From IMG/VR virus record IMGVR_UViG_3300042566_002057, positions 87,951 through 151,950 of that record: a stretch of DNA of 64,000 nucleotides. One strand, given 5' to 3'. This document shows, piece after piece, positions 58,201-64,000 of the stretch. A program made the position numbers and the translations under genes. The notes beneath the pieces were generated by a model. That model made no database searches and had not been told where the DNA came from. It saw only the letters and a list, made by a program, of their open reading frames with translations. Positions within the stretch are counted from its first letter, which is position 1, and the number at the start of each line of letters is the position of its first letter. Source of the stretch: a virus.

Positions 58201-58475
58201 ATAACTATTTCGGTTCTGATTCCTCTTCATCTAATTATTACTCTACTATTACAATATCAAGTACATGGTCATCATCAAATAGTCCAGTTATCAAAACAAG
58301 TAAAATTATATTGAATAATAATGCTGTTCAAGATTTACAGTATGTAAATGCAGAAAGAATAGATAGTTCTGAAGGAGCAACAGTTTGGACATATAAAGGT
58401 AACATAACTAATAGTTACAATTGGAATCAACTTCCAACTCAACCAAGAACAATTTCTTATTCATCTTCTAGTTAA
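55242..58475 (+). CDS. Large beta-rich virion/adhesin-like protein
   Basis: GGNWNSAATW..GVP..DNVVF start; S/T/G/N-rich 1077 aa. Confidence 0.65.
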   Translation: MAVKTVSNTGGNWNSAATWSPSGVPSTTADNVVFTSTSGPLTISATATIENINFSNYQNTVTFNWPLQVTGAFNLGTESYTMSFDSTLDASGRPRGRIRHTDTATITTNNRPWQTPWQFYGTTETVTLSGNLILEQNFYLSHTGTLTLSGGSIITRKNLIVDSTGGITTGGATISMSPTIYGTWSSSGGVLRNNLILEPATASAYIYIGKDVYYGQRTIYSGNTTTFTTTGPEYLYSDNIIADNSTLHLETSCAMNNGVYWNKVLVDNASVTLRLWNTFRISGTLSVEATGFSLTASSFTGSGMLYYDGDTSFGDRNGQISGDLVIAPVTAAITFTQLWAGTENLFNPGLYVRDAFIGSDAGFNSTVNRGNIYVLRNLIISNPTYDSAQIISGTTQFVLTGTQSGCIHSFYKPSLGYGGPTYPTLRNNITIQKFGGTLYLGELLYQTGTITYTAGTLVNGVTFSNVGLSGFFISYSKQRLIINNTAATINVNGHNWDIIQLGYRWNEPANMSRNLTYDWITNELWWGPVSYIELSGTYSMYVRRRLVGGDYDVADYSLTQLTGSASIYLGDKDSISSSDIEIGTKYGYGTYSGSPIMNAFVSNPITINTTGKLKMYTSSTNFGHFRYYKNTSISNSGNFRCLSGTTNFRSLDLFEIYSDSFTSNVNLTPNSLTFSSLLIYATGSNDLNLYLGSSLTASSITFEPYESRTLVSGLGSISSSADINIIATGSTIYADTINFESPGTVTYTDSTITDEKLICRDLKFTSPVYLYNTIDDISLSDVGAASSTITHPTIFMSNGTYSVETNCKISGTTYVLGDSTLYWRPGNIGLQSGTLHIGSTTSSDTTYFKGDIRASGTWRFTNKITTGGTVSFGTSSFYLYDDISYFWYLTDKIRFNNFYFVGNLYSNSSLTYTSILSPYYGTFSANNFTLSPRYFTKALELGTNTVLDSVFTIGTLSFATSSGFTLGVVRYRNIPNTIDYSTSLYIDNYFGSDSSSSNYYSTITISSTWSSSNSPVIKTSKIILNNNAVQDLQYVNAERIDSSEGATVWTYKGNITNSYNWNQLPTQPRTISYSSSS

Positions 58476-58501
58476 AATTACATTTTAGAATTCATAATTT
58501 T

Positions 58502-58509
58502 AATATATA
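58502..58509 (+). promoter_or_regulatory. AATATATA putative late promoter
   Basis: 6 nt before ATG 58516; the motif recurs before most N-tagged genes. Confidence 0.5.
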
Positions 58510-58515
58510 ATAAGT

Positions 58516-59331
58516 ATGAAATATCTTAAATCATTTAATGAAGAGCTAAATCCACAAACTTACAGAAATGCAAGTAGTAAACTTTCTTACTATGGTAAAC
58601 AAAAAAGTTCTGATGCTCTTTATGATTTTGCTGATGAAAAACAATATGGTTTTTACAACGCAGTAGTTTGTAAAGGACAAAGTATGCCTACTAAAGATGC
58701 TAAGCTAACACAACCTGAACTAAGTGGAATTTATTCCGGAAACAAAGCTAAAGATGGAAATGACAACTTGTTAAAATGGGGTAAAGACATCGAAAATGAA
58801 TTGAACATTTTAGTTGAAAAATGGAAAGCAGGTGATTCTAATTTGAGTTTACAATTTGAGTTCTCTTTTAGAGCTACTCGACAAACAAAAAATGTAGCTA
58901 AGTCATTAGAACAAATGTATATAATACCATTTATTATCTTAGAAGTCAGACTTAGTGAATTTGAATATGGTATTGAAGAATGGGACGCAGAGGCTAGTTG
59001 GGAAAATGAGGAATTCACCCCATCAACACTTTCTGAGATGTTTGAGTATTCTAAAGAGTTTTCAGTTTATACACAAAGACCAATAAGTGATTTAACTTAT
59101 GGTTTATTCAATGATAGACAATCAGCACAAAAATTTAAATCATTTGTAAATTCAATAGTAGATGAGAAAATGAAACCACATATCATGGAAGTATTAAGTA
59201 TTGTTGGTGGAACATCTCAAGATTTAGAGAATATTTTAAATTCAATTAGAAATATTAGAATACACGGTCTTTATCAATCAGATGTTACTGGTTACGAGAC
59301 TATTAAAAATTTATATGATAAACAATTATGA
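58516..59331 (+). CDS. Tandem paralog 1, N-terminal capsid-targeting-like tag
   Basis: MKYLKSFNEELNPQTY..A..KL; FNDRQSAQKFK. Confidence 0.8.
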   Translation: MKYLKSFNEELNPQTYRNASSKLSYYGKQKSSDALYDFADEKQYGFYNAVVCKGQSMPTKDAKLTQPELSGIYSGNKAKDGNDNLLKWGKDIENELNILVEKWKAGDSNLSLQFEFSFRATRQTKNVAKSLEQMYIIPFIILEVRLSEFEYGIEEWDAEASWENEEFTPSTLSEMFEYSKEFSVYTQRPISDLTYGLFNDRQSAQKFKSFVNSIVDEKMKPHIMEVLSIVGGTSQDLENILNSIRNIRIHGLYQSDVTGYETIKNLYDKQL

Positions 59332-60053
59332 GATACTTAAAAAAATTTAATGAAGAGTTAAGACCTATGACATATATGTCAGCTGCTAGAAAGTTAGATA
59401 AAATGGGTCACCATGATAGAGCTACTGTACTTAAAGACTGGGCTGGAGAAATGGAAAAGAAAGAAGAAATGCTCAAATGGAAAGACCGTATTCAGGACTA
59501 TGCCCCATTTGGTACATTTAATCTGACTGTAAAAAATCCAGAGACTGGTAAAAAGTTAGTAGGTGATTTCCATTTAGATATTAATTTTGATGATTTAAGT
59601 TTTTCTGATGAACCAGAAAACGGAATAGGTTTATTTATAGGTTTAATTCCTTCATCTGAAGAACTGATTTATCAGTATATGGAATTGTGTGCTGATCATG
59701 ACTTTGGAAACGGTTTCTTCTGGGGTAAAATATTCCACATGAACTATAAATTAACAGATAAAGTAGAATTTACTAAGTGGAATCTCTGGGATTATGATAG
59801 TGAAATGAATGGTGAAGTAGCTTTTTCTGACAGAGCTTCTGCTAATAAATTTAAGAATCTACTTATTAAAATATTTACTGATCCTAATTTAGGATATCCA
59901 TCTGGTTATAATGATGTTGAGTATATGTATCAAAAATTACAAGCATCAATATTAATTGAAAATTCCTTCTCATCAGAGTATGGATTAGAACTAGAACACA
60001 TAGCTGATTATATCAAAACAATATCTCCAAACGTACTTTATAAAGCTCTATGA
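59328..60053 (+). CDS. Tandem paralog 2, N-terminal capsid-targeting-like tag
   Basis: MRYLKKFNEELRPMTY..A..KL..MGH; FSDRASANKFK. Confidence 0.8.
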   Translation: MRYLKKFNEELRPMTYMSAARKLDKMGHHDRATVLKDWAGEMEKKEEMLKWKDRIQDYAPFGTFNLTVKNPETGKKLVGDFHLDINFDDLSFSDEPENGIGLFIGLIPSSEELIYQYMELCADHDFGNGFFWGKIFHMNYKLTDKVEFTKWNLWDYDSEMNGEVAFSDRASANKFKNLLIKIFTDPNLGYPSGYNDVEYMYQKLQASILIENSFSSEYGLELEHIADYIKTISPNVLYKAL

Positions 60054-60922
60054 AACACTTAAAGTCATATAATTTATTTGAGGAACTTAAATCAGATACC
60101 TATAAACAGGCTGGTGATAAGTTAAAGAATATGGGTCATATAAGAAGAGGTACCGAATTATTAACTTATGCAGAAGAAATAAAGTTAAGAGAAGAAAAAG
60201 CTAAACATCAACAAAAATTTGACAGTCTAGAAAAATGGGGAATTTTTGACCTTTCAATATATCGAGGAAGATGGGACTCAACAATTAAAAGTACAACGTT
60301 TTCTGATCCAAAAATTTCAGGAAAGTTTCTTATAGAATGTGTTTTTGACGGTAGTTGGTTTTCGGATATGATAGACAATTGGTTAGATGAAGATAAACAA
60401 TACAATCTTAGTTTTCCAATAGAAGTATCTTTAATGCCATATGATGATGAGACTTTAATTAAATTCAAAGAACTTGTTGAAAAAGATGAATTCAGTAGAG
60501 AAACTTATAATGGACTTCTACCATCTTCAAGAGTTTGGATAACAATTATTAGAGGAGGACAAGTTAATATTTCAAATAATGGACCAGTATTCTGGGAGGC
60601 TGTTGAAAGTGATTATGTCTTTTTCAATAATAGATCAGAAGCTATGAAGTTTAAATCACTTTTAGTTTCTGCAATCAGTGGTCAAAATGATTACTGTTCT
60701 AGTCCATACTCAAAAGGATTACATAAGGACATCATTGAGTTTATCGAACGAGAAGAAAAAGTTCAACAAGAAATAGAAGAAGGAAAAGAAAGAGAAGAAT
60801 GTTCTGATAGATATAAATACAACAGAATTAAAGAACATGGTCCTGTAGTTAAAATGGAAGATTTTCCTAAGATTGTAAGTTCAGTAAAGTCATTCTCACT
60901 AAATCAATTATATAAAGACTAA
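60050..60922 (+). CDS. Tandem paralog 3, N-terminal capsid-targeting-like tag
   Basis: MKHLKSYNLFEELKSDTY..A..KL..MGH; FNNRSEAMKFK. Confidence 0.8.
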   Translation: MKHLKSYNLFEELKSDTYKQAGDKLKNMGHIRRGTELLTYAEEIKLREEKAKHQQKFDSLEKWGIFDLSIYRGRWDSTIKSTTFSDPKISGKFLIECVFDGSWFSDMIDNWLDEDKQYNLSFPIEVSLMPYDDETLIKFKELVEKDEFSRETYNGLLPSSRVWITIIRGGQVNISNNGPVFWEAVESDYVFFNNRSEAMKFKSLLVSAISGQNDYCSSPYSKGLHKDIIEFIEREEKVQQEIEEGKEREECSDRYKYNRIKEHGPVVKMEDFPKIVSSVKSFSLNQLYKD

Positions 60923-61713
60923 TGAAAAAATTATCAACATATAATAAGTTCAATGAAGAGTTAAAATCTTCTACCTATTTAAGTGCTGCTCAAAAACTTC
61001 AGAAAATGGGTCATAGTAGAAGACCAGAAGTTCTTAAAGCTTGGGCTGAAGAAGTTAGACAAAGAGAAACTGATAGAATAACTAAGAAGAATCTAGAAGA
61101 ATCTGAAAAGTTAGGTCTTTATCAAATAAAAATCAAAACTAATAAAAGACATTTTGATGCCAATGTTTATATTTCTTTATCTTGGATTGACGACACATTT
61201 AGTGATTCAGTATACGATTTTAAGAATGATGAAAGTAGCGGTTTATACCTACAGTTTAGTTTTGGATTAATTCCAGCTGATGCTGAAACTCTTGATAACT
61301 TTAATGAATGTCTAAATGACTTTTTAAGTCCAAGTTATGGAATTTGGTGGTTACAAGATATGTGGTTATGTGTAAGTAAATCAATGTCATCAGTAACTGA
61401 ACAGGATATTAAAATGTATCCTGACTTAGATCCTGATAAAGATTTGATACCAAGTCCAAATTGTAGCTTTGAGGGCATTGAAATATCAACAGCTTATTTT
61501 AGCAACAGACAAAGTGCTATGAAATTTAAGCAAACTCTTTATAACATATTTAGCTCCAATTTAATATACAGACAAAGTTCAGAAAATCCAGGAGGAATGG
61601 CTGAAAAAATCAGAGAAGAAATCGTTGGTGAACACGGATTTGGATTCGATGAATACTTGAGATTTGTTGAAGGTATTAAATTAATTAGAATCAATTCTTT
61701 ATATAGAGATTAA
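60922..61713 (+). CDS. Tandem paralog 4, N-terminal capsid-targeting-like tag
   Basis: MKKLSTYNKFNEELKSSTY..A..KL..MGH; FSNRQSAMKFK. Confidence 0.8.
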   Translation: MKKLSTYNKFNEELKSSTYLSAAQKLQKMGHSRRPEVLKAWAEEVRQRETDRITKKNLEESEKLGLYQIKIKTNKRHFDANVYISLSWIDDTFSDSVYDFKNDESSGLYLQFSFGLIPADAETLDNFNECLNDFLSPSYGIWWLQDMWLCVSKSMSSVTEQDIKMYPDLDPDKDLIPSPNCSFEGIEISTAYFSNRQSAMKFKQTLYNIFSSNLIYRQSSENPGGMAEKIREEIVGEHGFGFDEYLRFVEGIKLIRINSLYRD

Positions 61714-61720
61714 ATTTTAT

Positions 61721-61739
61721 TATCTTTGTTTAATATATA
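61721..61739 (+). promoter_or_regulatory. Tandem TATCTTTG and AATATATA elements of the CCA-adding enzyme gene
   Basis: TATCTTTG 61721-61728, AATATATA 61732-61739. Confidence 0.45.
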
Positions 61740-61743
61740 ACTA

Positions 61744-62916
61744 ATGAAAATTAAAAAATACCAACAATTTTTAGAATCTCAAAGTTCTGATATGTGGAAT
61801 ATAATTCCTCAATCAGTTAAAGATTTACAATTACTTTTCAAATCAAAGGGAAAGAAACTGTATATAGTTGGTGGTGCCGTTAGAGATTTTCTCACTGGTG
61901 ATAAACCAAAAGACTTTGACTTAGCAACTGATGCACTTCCAGATGAAGTATTAGAAATAATCGGAAAAGATTATAGAACTAACTTACAAGGTAAAGCATT
62001 CGGTGTAGTAGTTGTTTATACCGACGATGAACCAGAAGGAATGGAAATTGCAACATTCAGAGAAGATGTTAGTAAAGGTAGAAATCCTGAGGTTAAATTA
62101 GGAGCTACAATTGAAGACGATGTTAAACGAAGAGATTTAACATACAATGCGCTTTTCTATGATTTAGATTCTAAAGATATTGTTGATTTAACTGGAGGAC
62201 GTGAGCATTTAGCAAAAGGAATAACTCAAATGGTTGGTGATCCTACTGAAAGATTTGACGAAGATTCTCTAAGAATTCTTAGAGCGTTTAGATTCGCTTC
62301 AAGATATGGACATCCTTTACATAAAGATACTGAAAAGGCAATTGAGAAAAGAAAACAATTGGAAAACATTGATCCTGAAACTGGTGAAATGAAAAGAATT
62401 AGTCAAGAAAGAGTTTGGGAGGAGATGAAAAAAGCTTGGAAACAAGCAAGAGATTATAGAAACTATCTTAACTTCTTTACTAAATTTGATATGTGGCAGG
62501 AAGTCTTTCCGGAAGCTAACATAAATACATCATTAGTTGATAGTAAAGATTTTACAATTGTAATTGCAAATCTATTTAAGAATGAATCTTTAGATGGTTT
62601 AGAAAAGAAATTAGTTCAAGATTATAAAATTGAGTCTGAATTGGTAAATAAAGTAGTTTTCCTAATATCACTTTTAGATTTTAGAGTAGAGAATGTATTT
62701 GATGTCTACAAAAAAAGACAACAGTGTGGTATCTCAGATTCTACTATTTTAGAGTGGATAAAAGTTGAAGGTATATCTAACGATAACTTAGTTAAGTTCG
62801 TTGACTACAAACCATCTATATCAGCTCAGGAGTTAATGTCAAAGGGGTTTAAGGGTAAAGAACTCGGTGATGAAATAAAAAGATTAGAAGTTGAAAAATT
62901 TAAATCAATGTTATAA
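61744..62916 (+). CDS. cca: Class II tRNA nucleotidyltransferase (CCA-adding / poly(A) polymerase family) with capsid-targeting-like tag
   Basis: VGGAVRD..DFDLAT, RRDLTYNAL, EDSLRILRAFRF; starts MKIKKYQQFLES. Confidence 0.88.
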   Translation: MKIKKYQQFLESQSSDMWNIIPQSVKDLQLLFKSKGKKLYIVGGAVRDFLTGDKPKDFDLATDALPDEVLEIIGKDYRTNLQGKAFGVVVVYTDDEPEGMEIATFREDVSKGRNPEVKLGATIEDDVKRRDLTYNALFYDLDSKDIVDLTGGREHLAKGITQMVGDPTERFDEDSLRILRAFRFASRYGHPLHKDTEKAIEKRKQLENIDPETGEMKRISQERVWEEMKKAWKQARDYRNYLNFFTKFDMWQEVFPEANINTSLVDSKDFTIVIANLFKNESLDGLEKKLVQDYKIESELVNKVVFLISLLDFRVENVFDVYKKRQQCGISDSTILEWIKVEGISNDNLVKFVDYKPSISAQELMSKGFKGKELGDEIKRLEVEKFKSML

Positions 62917-62949
62917 ACTTTTTATTTATAATTTCAATATATACCCATT

Positions 62950-63696
62950 ATGGAATATTTTATTACACATCTAAAAGACTCAACTGGTATAAACAATTAT
63001 TTAGGAATTAATTTTCCTCATGGTATTGTTGAACCATATCTGAATGAATTAAAAGAACACCTAAGTGATCTAGACTTTGAGGAATATACAAAGAATCAAC
63101 AAGTTAGAGATAAGGGTCATTATCACATCACAGTTATCAATGTAATGGACTACAACCGTTTAATGAAGGATATCGGAATGGACGAATTTATTAACTCATT
63201 AGACACTATCTTGAAATATGAGATTGATGATTTAAAAATGTTTGGTGTTGGTACCGCTGAGAAATCTGGTAATCGTGCCTTTTTTGTAGTTTGTCAAAGT
63301 GATAAATTAGATGCAATTAGAACTAGATTTGATTTACCTAAACAAGATTTTCATATCACTTTAGGATTTAAAGATAAAGATGTACACGGTGTTAGAAAAA
63401 ATGAAGTCTTAAAAAAAGGACTTAAATTTTTACAACTTTTAAAGTCAAACTTTTATAAGTATAATAATTGGGAATTTGTTAAGGAAATCAGAAACTTTGA
63501 TTTAGACAAACAAACAGATTTGATACCTATCGAAATCACAGAAACCTCAATTAAATTAAGATGTGGTGGTCACTATATAGTGGTTGGATATCTTGAAGAA
63601 GGACAAAAATTCTGGATTTTATCAAAGTATCCTGTTAATGAGGATCTACCAAGATTACCAGAAACCGAAATAGCAAAAATACTTAACAAAAAATAA
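62950..63696 (+). CDS. 2H phosphoesterase (2',3'-cyclic phosphodiesterase-like)
   Basis: Two HxT motifs: YHITV and FHITLGF..DVHGV. Confidence 0.8.
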   Translation: MEYFITHLKDSTGINNYLGINFPHGIVEPYLNELKEHLSDLDFEEYTKNQQVRDKGHYHITVINVMDYNRLMKDIGMDEFINSLDTILKYEIDDLKMFGVGTAEKSGNRAFFVVCQSDKLDAIRTRFDLPKQDFHITLGFKDKDVHGVRKNEVLKKGLKFLQLLKSNFYKYNNWEFVKEIRNFDLDKQTDLIPIEITETSIKLRCGGHYIVVGYLEEGQKFWILSKYPVNEDLPRLPETEIAKILNKK

Positions 63697-63700
63697 AAAT

Positions 63701-64000
63701 ATGGAAGAAACAATGGAACTTTTTAATTACTACAGTTTAGATGAGTGTCTTAACAGAAAAAAAGTCTTAAACATACTAAAATCTTTTAAGTCTGAAGGTA
63801 AAATCGAATACACTTTAGATCAAGAAATTCTTAAAATCAGAGATTTAGATTTAGAAGAAGAAGAAATTTCTGAAATCTGTGAAATGTTTGATAAGAATGA
63901 TGTATTTCCTTATTTAGACAAAGAAGATGAAGATGATTTCTATGGAGGTTATGAAGACTATGATAATGAAGACGACTTCGGTGACGATGATGAGTACTAA
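63701..64000 (+). CDS. Small protein with acidic tail
   Basis: 99 aa, D/E/Y-rich C-terminus. Confidence 0.65.
   Translation: MEETMELFNYYSLDECLNRKKVLNILKSFKSEGKIEYTLDQEILKIRDLDLEEEEISEICEMFDKNDVFPYLDKEDEDDFYGGYEDYDNEDDFGDDDEY

Noticed and set aside
1-64000. Stop-codon reassignment as seen in some huge phages
   Set aside because: Conserved enzymes are full length in the standard code, and TAG and TGA end genes at sensible positions (e.g. 3790, 4628, 26671).
1-64000. Cellular (bacterial) chromosome origin suggested by dnaK, grpE, nusG and rnhA
   Set aside because: These genes are scattered outside their usual operons among T4-like topoisomerase, RNase H, RNA ligase, endolysin, fibre genes and many small ORFans.

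Overview
This is an AT-rich, gene-dense segment of a very large T4-like (jumbo/huge) phage read in the standard code. The host is probably Bacteroidota: there are recurrent TAnnTTTG promoters, A-rich leaders without Shine-Dalgarno sites, and a T9SS type-B cargo protein. Recognisable genes: grpE, dnaK, nusG, rnhA, uvsE, T4-type topoisomerase subunits, T4 RNase H-like exonuclease, Rnl1-type RNA ligase, CCA-adding enzyme, 2H and HAD phosphoesterases, ppGpp-hydrolase-like HD protein, amidase endolysin, DNA methyltransferase, sugar-nucleotide enzymes and Ser/Gly-rich fibre proteins. The most striking unexplained structure is two mutually exclusive short peptide tags on about 40 otherwise unrelated proteins. 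(1) An N-terminal MKxxKx(F/Y)xxF(xx)E tag resembles the T4 capsid-targeting sequence. It sits on genes behind a TATATA late-type promoter, including the RNA ligase and the CCA enzyme. (2) A C-terminal R(D/E)xK(I/L)xx(I/L)(L/I/F) tag occurs on about 24 mostly small proteins. Three of these tagged mini-proteins appear to be isolated pieces of a gp23-type major capsid protein, and an ORF cut by the window edge may be a fourth piece. This suggests a modular bait-plus-tag (decoy/adaptor) system. Two intergenic structured-RNA candidates are also present. All homology calls come from motif recognition by eye, not from database searches.
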